Positions 29,733-39,618 of a stretch of 64,000 nt of DNA are shown here, in pieces. Source of the DNA: Anaerohalosphaeraceae bacterium (GTDB taxonomy: Bacteria; Planctomycetota; Phycisphaerae; Sedimentisphaerales; Anaerohalosphaeraceae); NCBI GenBank assembly GCA_963675525.2, contig CAXXSL010000019.1, positions 128,001 through 192,000 on the forward strand. Direction: 5' to 3'. A program made the position numbers and the translations under genes. Every line of letters starts with the position of its first letter. The stretch's first letter is position 1. The notes below the pieces were generated by a model, which worked only from the letters and a program-made list of their open reading frames with translations, searched no databases and had not been told where the DNA came from.

Positions 29733-31694
29733 ATGATTATGAAGAAAATTAAATGTTTACTTATCCTATTTCTATTTGTGACGGCAACTGGAATGGTGCA
29801 GGCGGTGACCGTCAACAATTTCAGCTTTGAGGATGATGGAGTGGAGATAGATCCGGGGATCCCGACCGGTTGGTACAGTGACAGTACAGGTGATGCTGAT
29901 ATTGGTGTAGCTGCGGGTGGTGCCTCTTTAACAGATGGCAGTTATCGCTTGTGGATGGGTAACAACGTCACCTTGTATCAAAACACCAGTACAGAGATCG
30001 GCTCAGCGGGTGCTTCTTACACCTTGCAGGTTGATGTGTATAATAGCTGGAATGCGAATCCGCAGATCATCCTCTACTACGATGATGCAGGTACACGTGT
30101 GCCGCTTGGAGAAGCCCATTATCTCGCATCGGATTTTCCCGACTCGGGTACATGGGTCGAATCGCACACACTGGAACTGACGGTTGTAACGACAGCGGCT
30201 TCAGTCGGCAAAAACCTTGGTATTGAATTGTCAATTGAAAACTATCCTGGTGATGTTTGGGCGCACTATGACAATGTTCGGCTGGCAAGCAATACGGTGA
30301 TCCTTGTCAGTCCGGCTAATAATACCGATTTGGTGCCCAAGACTACCGATTTGGTATGGACCGTTGCCCCGACCGTGGAGAAGGTTGATCTGTATCTGGG
30401 ATTAGAGGATGATCCCAATCTGACGCTGAATCCGCTGCTTTTTGTTCCGGATATCCCGGCTGCGACCACGTCCTACAGTCCGACACTGGATTACAGCACA
30501 CCCTATTACTGGAAAGTTGTGGCTTATGAACCCAATACCCTTGGCACTGGGTATATTACTTCGGACAGTGGTACGGCCAGTTTCACAACCGCCGGTCCGG
30601 CACCTGTGATCACGGCAATAACCCCGTATGCACAATCAGTTCCTGCCGGAACCACCAGCACGACCATTACGGTATCAGGTGTCAATCTGGAATTTTTCGC
30701 GTGGTCTAAAGATGGTGCTCCTTTGTCTGACGGGTCGGAGTATACGGGAACCGGCACAGCTACCCTGACGATTCTGGACGTTCAGCTGGCCGATGAAGGC
30801 GTTTATAGTTGTGAAGTGTCCAATAGTCTGTCCGTAGTTACCGATACGGCGAATGCTGTTGTCGTCACCGAACGTCTGATGAGTTGGTGGAAGCTGGATG
30901 GCAATTTGAATGATTCCGTTCAGGATGTGGTTGCCGAGGCGCCTCAATACAATGGCGTTCTGGATCCGAACACCGTCTTCACGGCGGATGCCAGCGGTAT
31001 TGACAGCGGCGATTCAGTGGTTCTTGATATTGGCGACCCGAATGTCCCGGTCATTCCGATTGCCGGTACCGAAGAAATCTTCAATTTTTATGAAGACTCT
31101 CTGACGGTGAGCGCCTGGGTTCGAACGACCTATGTGAGCGATACGGCTTGGCCGGCAGTAGTTTCGAAAACTCCGGCTCAATTAGTGGGGTATACTATAG
31201 CACTGGACGGCCAGAGTGAAGTTCTCGCTCAAGTCGACGGCGATTCCACCCGCCTTTACACCAACTGGCTGGTTGCCGATGGGGATTGGCACATGGTTAC
31301 GCTGACGTACGACGGGTCGGAGCAACGGATCTATGTGGATGGCGAGCTTGATACGTCAACCACCGGGGTAACTTCTGTTTCCGGAATTTCTGCAGTGGGT
31401 AATACCGCTCCGGTTATCATCGGTGCGTGGAATCTTACCTCGCAGGAGTTTGGTGCGGAGTTCGAGGGTAACATCGATAACGTCAAGATTTACAGCTATG
31501 CCTTAACGGCGACCGAGGTCGGCGAAGACTACGTTGCGACGAATCCAAATGTCGATTATGTCTGTAATTGGGAATTGCCGGATCTGGTCTACGATTCTGA
31601 CGGAAACTGCCGGGTCGATTTAGTTGATTTAGCTGATTTTGCAACAAAATGGCTGAATTGTAACCGTATCCCCGATACGGCTTGCTTAGAGTAA
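29733..31694 (+). CDS. Secreted multidomain protein: CBM-like head, Fn3-like, Ig, LamG, dockerin-like tail
   Basis: NNFSFEDDG...YDNVRL head; YYWKVVA; WSKDG...DEGVYSC (Ig); WWKLDGN, TVSAWV, WHMVTLTYDG, IDNVKIY (LamG); YDSDGNCRVDLVDLADFATKWLNC. Confidence 0.85.
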   Translation: MIMKKIKCLLILFLFVTATGMVQAVTVNNFSFEDDGVEIDPGIPTGWYSDSTGDADIGVAAGGASLTDGSYRLWMGNNVTLYQNTSTEIGSAGASYTLQVDVYNSWNANPQIILYYDDAGTRVPLGEAHYLASDFPDSGTWVESHTLELTVVTTAASVGKNLGIELSIENYPGDVWAHYDNVRLASNTVILVSPANNTDLVPKTTDLVWTVAPTVEKVDLYLGLEDDPNLTLNPLLFVPDIPAATTSYSPTLDYSTPYYWKVVAYEPNTLGTGYITSDSGTASFTTAGPAPVITAITPYAQSVPAGTTSTTITVSGVNLEFFAWSKDGAPLSDGSEYTGTGTATLTILDVQLADEGVYSCEVSNSLSVVTDTANAVVVTERLMSWWKLDGNLNDSVQDVVAEAPQYNGVLDPNTVFTADASGIDSGDSVVLDIGDPNVPVIPIAGTEEIFNFYEDSLTVSAWVRTTYVSDTAWPAVVSKTPAQLVGYTIALDGQSEVLAQVDGDSTRLYTNWLVADGDWHMVTLTYDGSEQRIYVDGELDTSTTGVTSVSGISAVGNTAPVIIGAWNLTSQEFGAEFEGNIDNVKIYSYALTATEVGEDYVATNPNVDYVCNWELPDLVYDSDGNCRVDLVDLADFATKWLNCNRIPDTACLE

Positions 31695-31703
31695 TAAAAA
31701 TAT

Positions 31704-31738
31704 AACAGGGGGCCCATCATTCGATGGGTCCTCCTGTT
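31704..31738 (+). other. Intergenic stem-loop without U-tract
   Basis: AACAGGGGGCCCATC-ATTC-GATGGGTCCTCCTGTT between co-directional genes. Confidence 0.6.
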
Positions 31739-31763
31739 GAAAAAACGGATTGTTGGAGCCGTC

Positions 31764-32594
31764 ATGAAGCACGTACACAAAAAAGGATTCACGTTGATCG
31801 AATTGCTGGTTGTGATTGCAATCATTGCGTTGTTGTTATCCGTCATTCTTCCGAGCCTTAAAAAGGCCAAACAAAAAGCCTTGGAAGTTCTCTGTCGATC
31901 CAATCTCAGGCAATGGGGCGTGCTGTTTACGATGTACAGCCAGGACCATGATAACAGTCTTCCTGTCGGTTGGAACGGCGGAACGATGTGGATGACCGAC
32001 TTGATGGCATATTATAACGGGGCGGATGATGTGCGAAACTGCCCGGCCGTCAAGAAATTTCTGTCGGAGGTTCCCGGTTGGAATGTTTCCCCGTTAGTGA
32101 ACACACTCGACCGTACGTTCATTGGATGGGGCGTTTACGGGCATCCGGATTTCCTGGGGGGCAATGTTCCCTACTGGGGCGAAGAAGGCCAATACGGCAG
32201 CTACGGCGTTAACGCCTGGGCGTTGAATCCGCTGGATGTGGGAGTTTCCGGTACCTATAATACGAATCCAGCCTGGAGACTGAATTATTTCCGAAAAATG
32301 ACCGTGAGTAATGCATTCCACATTCCTTTGATGGGCGATGCAATGTGGGACGGCACCCATCCGCTGGATACAGACCAACCTTCCCAACTTAAGGGTGTAC
32401 AGCAGGCCGGTTCCAATATGAGCGTGTTCAGTCTGGATCGTCATAACGGAGGATCGAATATGCTGTTTATGGATACATCGGTCCGAAAAGTCGGCATGAA
32501 GGAGTTATGGACGCTGAAATGGCACAAGGAATTCGATACATCGGGATGGTCTTCAGGGTGGCCCGAGTGGATGCAGTCATACAAAGACTATTGA
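31764..32594 (+). CDS. Prepilin-type N-terminal cleavage/methylation protein with H-X9-DG-like motif (DUF1559-like family)
   Basis: KKGFTLIELLVVIAIIALLLSVILPSL, C.SNLRQW, CP, SYGVN, RHNGGSNMLFMDTSV (H-X9-DT); start ATG 31764 after GGAG. Confidence 0.9.
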   Translation: MKHVHKKGFTLIELLVVIAIIALLLSVILPSLKKAKQKALEVLCRSNLRQWGVLFTMYSQDHDNSLPVGWNGGTMWMTDLMAYYNGADDVRNCPAVKKFLSEVPGWNVSPLVNTLDRTFIGWGVYGHPDFLGGNVPYWGEEGQYGSYGVNAWALNPLDVGVSGTYNTNPAWRLNYFRKMTVSNAFHIPLMGDAMWDGTHPLDTDQPSQLKGVQQAGSNMSVFSLDRHNGGSNMLFMDTSVRKVGMKELWTLKWHKEFDTSGWSSGWPEWMQSYKDY

Positions 32595-32682
32595 TATTGT
32601 TTCATATTTATGATAGAATGCCTATTGTCCTTGTTGCGGGGGACGGGGGGATATTTTAATCAGCAAGAGGAGATAATTTTTC

Positions 32683-35600
32683 ATGACCGTTAAGCCGTTA
32701 TTTGCGACCTTTTTCCTTTTCTTCAGCCTGATTTCTTTCGTTAATGCTTCCACGCTCTATACGGAAGATTTCACCGGTAACGGAGATGTAAGTATAGTCG
32801 GTTGGAACGCCGTCTATGACGGCGGCGGCAGCAATGGAGGACTTGCTGGAGATTATGCATGGGTCTGGCACGTTGGCGATTGCGAAAATCTGATCTATAC
32901 GAACGAATATACGGTCAATGTCTCTTCGGCTTTCTTGATTGAATTTCAATTTGATTTACGTAAGTATTCGAGCTACGATTCCACTCCTCAGACAAGCCTT
33001 GTTGTTCAGGTTGGCGGAAACTGGTATGTTTCCAAGACGGTTTTCACCTCTTCCAGCGGCGCATTTTCGACCCAGTCAATTACGTATGATCCGGTGAAAG
33101 ATAACTGGGATACGCTGAATGTTGCTTCTGCGGCCCGGGGTTCAACGGCTTCTTCAGATCTTTTGGGGGATATTAGCGGTTTTGGTTTTTATTCAAACAG
33201 TCAGAATGTCGGCGGCAATTGTACGGCCGAGTACGATAATTTTACAGTTACCGAAACAGAACCGATCCGAACACCTGATTTCAATGGAAGCGGGGCTGTC
33301 GATATTCAGGATTTTGCCGGCTTTGCGACGGCGTGGGTCAGTTCAGCAGGACAGGAGCATTTCAATGAGATCTATGATCTTGATTTAGATACCATGGTGG
33401 ATATGGACGACCTTGTTCTTTTTGCTCAAAGCTGGCTTGCGGGTGCTCAGTATCCTTACGCTCCTCAGGAATCTCCACGAAAAAAAATCGGTTTTAACAC
33501 AGGATGGAAATTCTACAGAGGTGATATTTCGCAAGACGCAGCCAAGGCATCGTCCTATGACGATTCTTCGTGGCAGGGTATCAATGTTCCCCACGCCCCC
33601 GTTATTACGCCCTTACGTGTTCAGTGGTCATCTGGCACAGCGGAAATTAACTGGTATCGCAAGCATTTCACGCTCGAGAACACTTATCAGAATAATAAGA
33701 TCTTTATTGAATTTGAGGGGGCCGACCAGGTGAGCGACGTGTGGATTAACGGGACCCATCTGGGCGTTCATTACGGAGCCTATCTGCCGTTAACGGTTGA
33801 CATTTCGGACTATGTTTATTTTGGCGGAACAGATAATGTTATTGCGGTTAAAATTGACGAAAGCCAGGACGATGATATTCCGGCTTATGGGCTTTGGCTC
33901 AGTTCTGGAGGTCTTTACAGGGATGTCTGGATGCATATTACCGATAAACTGCATGTGACAGATGCCGTTTATGCGGATATTGTTGCCGGCGGCGGGATAT
34001 TTGTTACCTATCCTGAGGTCAATGTTGCACAGGCAAGCGTGCAGATCAAAACACATGTTCTGAACGAAGACCCAACAGCTATAATCTGCACCCTTGAGTC
34101 TTATATTGTTGATAAAAATAATATGGTTGTTGCTGAGGCAATAGACACTCAGGTAATTGCCGCTTCTGGAGAGAATACATTTACACAATTGGCGACTGTC
34201 ATGGCTCCGAAACTGTGGCACCCTGACCATCCCGATCTCTACACGTTGTTTACACACGTCTTAAAAGATGGTCAAATCGTCGATACCTGCAAGACACGAT
34301 TCGGCATACGAAGTATCTTGTTCTCGTTTGCAAATGGATTTACGATCAATGGCCAACCCCTGACGTTGCGAGGCACCAACCGTGTGCAGGACTATCCATA
34401 TCTGGGATGGGCCATGGGGAACTTGGGGCAGCGCCGCGATGCTGAGATTCTTAAAGAAGCCGGCTTCGATTTCATCCGTACGTCCCATTATCCGCCGGAC
34501 CCGGCGTTCATGGATGCATGTGACGAATTGGGGATCGTTGTGATGGATGAAATACCGGGATTCCAGTATGTTGGGGGGAGTTTATTTAAAGACCGGTCTT
34601 ATCAGAATATGCGTGATATGATCCGCCGAGACCGAAACCACCCTTGTGTCATTGCATGGGAATTATCGCTCAATGAGACCAATTTTGATTCAACCTATGC
34701 ACAGACCGCTATGAATATCGGTCACGCCGAATACCCCGGGGATCAATGCTATGTTTCCGCCTGGATGCACGATAGCATCTATGATATCTATATCGCCACT
34801 CCGACTGCGGGTGCCAGATCCTATTCGGGGAGTAAACCGCTAATCGTCAGCGAACATGGCCATTGGGAGTATGGCGGAGGCAGTGGCAGCACCAGCGATG
34901 TTCACCGCGCTACGGATATTACAGCGGATTCTTTTCCGGGAGGAGAAACGCCTATGCTCCAGCAGGCCTGGAATCATCAGGAATCCCATCATCTCAACCG
35001 CGGTTTATCAAATATGTGCGGCGATGGATTATGGGTAGGAATTGACTATGGTGCATGGCCTTCGGGGGTTTATGATTTTCTTAGGTTGCCGAAGTTTTCT
35101 GCTTATTTCTGGCAAAGTCAGCGCAGTCCTGATTTAGATTTGTCATATCTAAATATTGATTCAGGGCCGATGGTATTTATTGCGAATTACTGGACCGCTT
35201 CTTCGCCGACGGATGTGAAAGTTTTCAGCAATTGTGAGCAGGTAAAACTGTATGTGAACGATATTTTACAGGACACTCGAAATCCCGATACAAACTATCC
35301 CACCGCCAATCTGCTTCATCCTCCGTTTACTTTTGAAGGGGTAACATTCACCCCCGGTCAGTTGAGAGCCGAGGGACTTATTGACGGCCAAGCTGTTGCG
35401 TCGTATAGTGTGCGAACGCCGGGTACGGCCAGTTCGATATCGGTTGAATTTGACATGACAGATGTGCCCGCGAATGGCTCAGAGACAATGTTTGTATATG
35501 CTTACATCCGCGACAATAACGGCACAGTTGTCTCTGATGCGTCAAATGCGGTAACGTTTTCTGTGACGGGCCAAGCTGTCCTTGTTACGCCTCCAACGAT

Positions 35601-35721
35601 ATCAGCGGAGGCCGGAATTGCATCCGCACTGATTCGGGTGTCAGACCAGCCGGGAACGATTATCGTCAATGCCGCCGGCGCAGGCTTAACGTCTGGTAAT
35701 GCCTCAATTATCAGCCAATGA
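32683..35721 (+). CDS. GH2 glycoside hydrolase with extra N-terminal domain and internal dockerin-like module
   Basis: WYRKHF, FIEFEG, GGLYRDV, GTNRVQD, RTSHYP, CDELG, RDRNHPCVIAWELSLNE, VSEHG, VFSNCEQV; DFNGSGAVDIQDFAGFATAW...DLDTMVDMDDLVLFAQSWL. Confidence 0.9.
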   Translation: MTVKPLFATFFLFFSLISFVNASTLYTEDFTGNGDVSIVGWNAVYDGGGSNGGLAGDYAWVWHVGDCENLIYTNEYTVNVSSAFLIEFQFDLRKYSSYDSTPQTSLVVQVGGNWYVSKTVFTSSSGAFSTQSITYDPVKDNWDTLNVASAARGSTASSDLLGDISGFGFYSNSQNVGGNCTAEYDNFTVTETEPIRTPDFNGSGAVDIQDFAGFATAWVSSAGQEHFNEIYDLDLDTMVDMDDLVLFAQSWLAGAQYPYAPQESPRKKIGFNTGWKFYRGDISQDAAKASSYDDSSWQGINVPHAPVITPLRVQWSSGTAEINWYRKHFTLENTYQNNKIFIEFEGADQVSDVWINGTHLGVHYGAYLPLTVDISDYVYFGGTDNVIAVKIDESQDDDIPAYGLWLSSGGLYRDVWMHITDKLHVTDAVYADIVAGGGIFVTYPEVNVAQASVQIKTHVLNEDPTAIICTLESYIVDKNNMVVAEAIDTQVIAASGENTFTQLATVMAPKLWHPDHPDLYTLFTHVLKDGQIVDTCKTRFGIRSILFSFANGFTINGQPLTLRGTNRVQDYPYLGWAMGNLGQRRDAEILKEAGFDFIRTSHYPPDPAFMDACDELGIVVMDEIPGFQYVGGSLFKDRSYQNMRDMIRRDRNHPCVIAWELSLNETNFDSTYAQTAMNIGHAEYPGDQCYVSAWMHDSIYDIYIATPTAGARSYSGSKPLIVSEHGHWEYGGGSGSTSDVHRATDITADSFPGGETPMLQQAWNHQESHHLNRGLSNMCGDGLWVGIDYGAWPSGVYDFLRLPKFSAYFWQSQRSPDLDLSYLNIDSGPMVFIANYWTASSPTDVKVFSNCEQVKLYVNDILQDTRNPDTNYPTANLLHPPFTFEGVTFTPGQLRAEGLIDGQAVASYSVRTPGTASSISVEFDMTDVPANGSETMFVYAYIRDNNGTVVSDASNAVTFSVTGQAVLVTPPTISAEAGIASALIRVSDQPGTIIVNAAGAGLTSGNASIISQ

Positions 35722-35725
35722 TACA

Positions 35726-36904
35726 TTACAGGTGTTTACCTCCGAAATGTTTTCGATAACCGATGGGTGTTATTCCCATTTCACGGCGAAATATGCGTGA
35801 CACATGATTAATATCGTTAAATTCTAAATCATAGGCGATTTGCTGAATGGCTTGATTGGTATTGATGATGGCTTCGGCCAGTTGACGAATACGGACACGC
35901 TGAATTTCCCGATTGATTCCGCGGCCAATTGCTTTACGAAATCGCTGCTGAAGGGCTCGTATCGACAAAGTGGACTGGTTGACAACATCATTTACATGAA
36001 TATCCCGGCGGGCATTGTTGCGGATAAAACGAATGGCTTGAGCAACCTGTTGGTCCTCAATAGCCAAAATGTCAGTTGATTGGCGTGTCACGATCCCAAT
36101 CGGCTCAAAAAAAATATCGGATTGTTCAACGCGTTTTCCTGCAATTAGATGATCAATCGCTTCCGCCGATTTATACCCGACCATTTCGGGATTAAGTCGG
36201 ATGCTGGACAGGGGGGGTGTGGACAGATTGCAAATCATCTCATCATTATCGACTCCAATAATGGCGACCTGCCCCGGGATGGTTAAGCCAATCATATGGC
36301 AGGCTTCGACGATGTCGCTGCTGCGTTCATCATTTGAGGTCATGATGCCGATGGGTTTAGGAAGTTTTTCAAGCCAATCGGCCAGTTGAGCCAGCGCCGC
36401 TGCCGGTTTCGTTAGTTGAGCCGGAATGGGGAATGTCCTGACGGTATGGCCGGCCTGTTCAATGCGTTCAATAAACCCTTCCTGCCGAATCTGTGACCAG
36501 TAGTCTCGCGTGCCGTAAAAAGCCAGGTGTTCAAAACCGCGTTCGAGTAAGTGGTCGGCGCCGATACTGCCAACGTGTTTGTCTTGCTGGACGTTTAGAA
36601 TGCCGGATATCGGGTCCTGAACCGGGATTGCGACCGCGGGGAAATTGCTTTGAATAATCGTCTGAATGAGCGATTTTTTAGTCGGTAAATAGCCAATAAT
36701 GCCATCGGCATCGAGTTTATTCAAACGCTCCAGCAGGTTATCCTGTCGGTTCTGACTGAATGGAAAGGTTCGAAACAAGGGGCTGAATCGAAAAAATGAC
36801 CAGTGGCCCCGCCCTTGGGAATACTCAATGATTCCGCGAATAATCCCCCGGTCGGCAGCGCGGGAACTGTCGAGCATTAAAATTATTTTTCGATTATTCA
36901 GCAA
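35726..36904 (-). CDS. XylR-family transcriptional regulator (LacI-type ligand domain plus AraC HTH)
   Basis: HLLERGF, LPKPIGI, IIGVDND, PPLSSI, IVTRQSTD, QAIRFIR, LQQRFRK, FRREMGITP..YR. Confidence 0.92.
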   Translation of the reverse strand: MLNNRKIILMLDSSRAADRGIIRGIIEYSQGRGHWSFFRFSPLFRTFPFSQNRQDNLLERLNKLDADGIIGYLPTKKSLIQTIIQSNFPAVAIPVQDPISGILNVQQDKHVGSIGADHLLERGFEHLAFYGTRDYWSQIRQEGFIERIEQAGHTVRTFPIPAQLTKPAAALAQLADWLEKLPKPIGIMTSNDERSSDIVEACHMIGLTIPGQVAIIGVDNDEMICNLSTPPLSSIRLNPEMVGYKSAEAIDHLIAGKRVEQSDIFFEPIGIVTRQSTDILAIEDQQVAQAIRFIRNNARRDIHVNDVVNQSTLSIRALQQRFRKAIGRGINREIQRVRIRQLAEAIINTNQAIQQIAYDLEFNDINHVSRIFRREMGITPIGYRKHFGGKHL

Positions 36905-37038
36905 TGGATAACCAGTCCTGTATTGATCATAAACAGCGTTTTTTGTTCAAAGCTGGTTTATTAATCAGAAATCGCCATTATTAACGGACTATAATATGCT
37001 TGATTATATCACTAATAAAAGGGATTGCAAGTTGTAAG

Positions 37039-37102
37039 TGCGCCAATTGGCGGTGTTTTTGCGCAAAATGGAGTTTTATGTGGCATTCGTTTTTTGTAGA
37101 AT
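37039..37102 (+). promoter_or_regulatory. Candidate XylR/AraC-type operator (21-bp-spaced direct repeat) and -10 element of the AKR operon
   Basis: TGCGCCAATTGG at 37039 and TGCGCAAAATGG at 37060; TAGAAT at 37097-37102 with a poor -35. Confidence 0.6.
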
Positions 37103-37188
37103 CAACTGCTTGTAGTCAGGGAGCGTTTTGTCTCTCTCTCTATAGCTTGAACAATGAAATCTAAACAAAAATATGAGGATAACATCAA

Positions 37189-38214
37189 ATGAGTGCATTT
37201 TCAATTGCAAAAGACGGGATTGATCCGAACCAGGTCCCAAAGCGTAAGCTGAACAACGGTGCCGAAATCCCCTGCTTGGGCCTGGGAACATTCGGTTCCG
37301 ATCGTTTTACGCATGATGAGGTCGCCGAAGCTGTCAAGGGCGCTATTTCAATCGGATACCGTCACATTGACTGTGCCTCGGTTTATGGTAACGAAGACAA
37401 GATCGGTGCCGCTTTGAAAGAAGTCATCGACGGTGGCGTGCCCCGTGAAGAACTGTGGATTACCTCCAAGGTTTGGAACGACATGCATGACGACGTGATT
37501 AGTTCCTGCAAGAAGTCGCTGGCTGACCTTCAGCTGGATTACCTGGACCTGTATTTGGTTCACTGGCCCTTCCCGAACTACCATGCGCCGGGATGTGCTG
37601 TGGATTCTCGCAGCCCCGATGCCAAGCCTTACATTCATGCGAACTTCATGAAGACCTGGCGTCAGATGGAACAGCTCGTCGAAATGGGTCTGGTCAAGAC
37701 CATCGGCACCTCCAACATGACGATTGCAAAGATGAAGCTGCTGCTTCAGGATGCCAATATCAAGCCGGCCTGTAATGAAATGGAACTGCACCCGCACTTC
37801 CAGCAGCCCGAATGGTTCCAGTTCTGTGTGGACAACGACATTCAGCCTATCGGTTTTTGCCCGATCGGTTCGCCGACCCGTCCGGATCGTGATAAGACCG
37901 AGCAAGACACTGTTGATATTCAGGACCCGGTGGTTGTCAAAATTGCTGAGCGTCTGGGCGTTCACCCGGCCGTTGTTTGCCTCAAATGGGCCGTTCAGCG
38001 TGGGCAGATTCCGATTCCGTTCTCAGTCTTTGAAAACGAATACCGCAGCAACCTGGAAAGCACCATCAAAGATCCGATCACAGATGAAGAAATGGCTGAA
38101 CTGGCCGGCATCGACAAGAACTGCCGCCTGATCAAGGGCCAGGTATTCCTGTGGAAAGACGGTCAGACCTGGGAGGACCTGTGGGATCTCAATGGAGAAG
38201 TGACCCCTGCATAG
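37189..38214 (+). CDS. Aldo/keto reductase
   Basis: GLGTF, GYRHIDCASVYGNE, WITSKVW, LDYLDLYLVHWP, IGTSN, NEMELHP. Confidence 0.93.
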   Translation: MSAFSIAKDGIDPNQVPKRKLNNGAEIPCLGLGTFGSDRFTHDEVAEAVKGAISIGYRHIDCASVYGNEDKIGAALKEVIDGGVPREELWITSKVWNDMHDDVISSCKKSLADLQLDYLDLYLVHWPFPNYHAPGCAVDSRSPDAKPYIHANFMKTWRQMEQLVEMGLVKTIGTSNMTIAKMKLLLQDANIKPACNEMELHPHFQQPEWFQFCVDNDIQPIGFCPIGSPTRPDRDKTEQDTVDIQDPVVVKIAERLGVHPAVVCLKWAVQRGQIPIPFSVFENEYRSNLESTIKDPITDEEMAELAGIDKNCRLIKGQVFLWKDGQTWEDLWDLNGEVTPA

Positions 38215-38267
38215 TGACTGCATGAGCATAACAATACAATATTTTGACGATTAATGGAGACAATACA

Positions 38268-39335
38268 ATGAGTAACAAAATGAAAGGTGCCATCCTTCCG
38301 GGTAACAGTACAGTTGAGATGAAGGAATTTGACATTCCGAAGCCCGGCCACGGTGAAGTGCTGATTAAAATGAAGTCATCCACCATCTGCGGTTCTGACA
38401 TTCGCTGTATTTATCATGAACATCTCGGCAAAGGCCCTGAAGGCTATCAGCTGGGGATGATCGCTGGCCACGAACCTTGCGGACAGATTGTCGAAGTAGG
38501 GCCCGGGTGTCGTCGATTCAAAGTGGAGGACCGTGTTGTCATCTATCATATTTCCGGCTGCGGGGTTTGCAATGATTGCCGGCGGGGATATATGATTTCC
38601 TGTACGAGTGAACAATATCGCCGGGCCTATGGCTGGCAGCGTGACGGAGGCATGGCCGAGTACATGCTGGCTGAAGAGAAAGACCTTGTCGCATTGCCGG
38701 ATGAGTTATCGTATTCCGATGGTGCTCAAATTGCCTGCGGGTTCGGCACGGTCTATGAAGGACTGGAAAAGATCGGCATTTGCGGCAACGATGCAGTGCT
38801 GGTGACGGGGTTAGGGCCAGTCGGATTGGCTACGGCAATGTTGTGCCGGGCTATGGGGGCGCAGAAAATCATCGGAACCGAAATGATTGATGAACGTATT
38901 GTGATTGCTCAAAAGCTGGGTTTGTTTGATGAAGTTATCAAAGCCGGACCTGACAATGTCCAGCACGTCAAAGACTTAACCGGCGGCATGGGCGTGGAAC
39001 GTTCAGTGGATTGTTCGGCTAACGACAAGGCGCGTTTGACGTGTATTCAGGCAACCCGCAAGTGGGGCAAGATTGTCTTCCTTGGTGAGGGGGGAACCTG
39101 TGAATTCCAGCCGTCACCGGACATTATTCATGACCAAAAGACGATTTACGGTTCATGGGTCACCAACATCTGGCGCATGGAAGAACTCGTCGAACGTATC
39201 ATTCGCTGGGGTATTCGTCCGGAAGATCTGATCACACACCGTTTTACCATTGATCAGGTTTCGGAAGCCTACTCTCTGATGGCCAGCGGCAAATGTGGAA
39301 AGGTTGCGGTTGTGTTTGACGAAGAAGCAAAGTAA
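38268..39335 (+). CDS. Zinc-dependent medium-chain (polyol/sugar) dehydrogenase
   Basis: ICGSD, GHEPCG, CGVCNDCRRGYMISC, GLGPVG, ITHRF. Confidence 0.92.
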   Translation: MSNKMKGAILPGNSTVEMKEFDIPKPGHGEVLIKMKSSTICGSDIRCIYHEHLGKGPEGYQLGMIAGHEPCGQIVEVGPGCRRFKVEDRVVIYHISGCGVCNDCRRGYMISCTSEQYRRAYGWQRDGGMAEYMLAEEKDLVALPDELSYSDGAQIACGFGTVYEGLEKIGICGNDAVLVTGLGPVGLATAMLCRAMGAQKIIGTEMIDERIVIAQKLGLFDEVIKAGPDNVQHVKDLTGGMGVERSVDCSANDKARLTCIQATRKWGKIVFLGEGGTCEFQPSPDIIHDQKTIYGSWVTNIWRMEELVERIIRWGIRPEDLITHRFTIDQVSEAYSLMASGKCGKVAVVFDEEAK

Positions 39336-39359
39336 TTGAATTAAAACATTTGGCCGGAA

Positions 39360-39599
39360 ATGAGTCTGATGATAAAGTTTACTTGTAAAAGTTGTAAGAA
39401 AGCTTATAAAGTACCAGAAGAGTATTCTGGTAAACGTGTAAAGTGTAAACAGTGTAATGAAGTTTGCATTGTGCCAGGAGGCAATGCCGTGGGCGATCAT
39501 AGCGGCGATTCTCTTCAGGCATTTAATAATCTCATTATTGAGTTGGGCAAAGAAGAGAGCACTGCGCCTCCCATTGAAGAGGAAGAGTCTGACTCCTGA
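39360..39599 (+). CDS. Small zinc-ribbon protein
   Basis: MIKFTCKSCKKAYKVPEEYSGKRVKCKQC (two CxxC pairs) and acidic tail; fills the gap inside the operon. Confidence 0.7.
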   Translation: MSLMIKFTCKSCKKAYKVPEEYSGKRVKCKQCNEVCIVPGGNAVGDHSGDSLQAFNNLIIELGKEESTAPPIEEEESDS

Positions 39600-39618
39600 T
39601 TGCTGAAAGGATTCGCCT

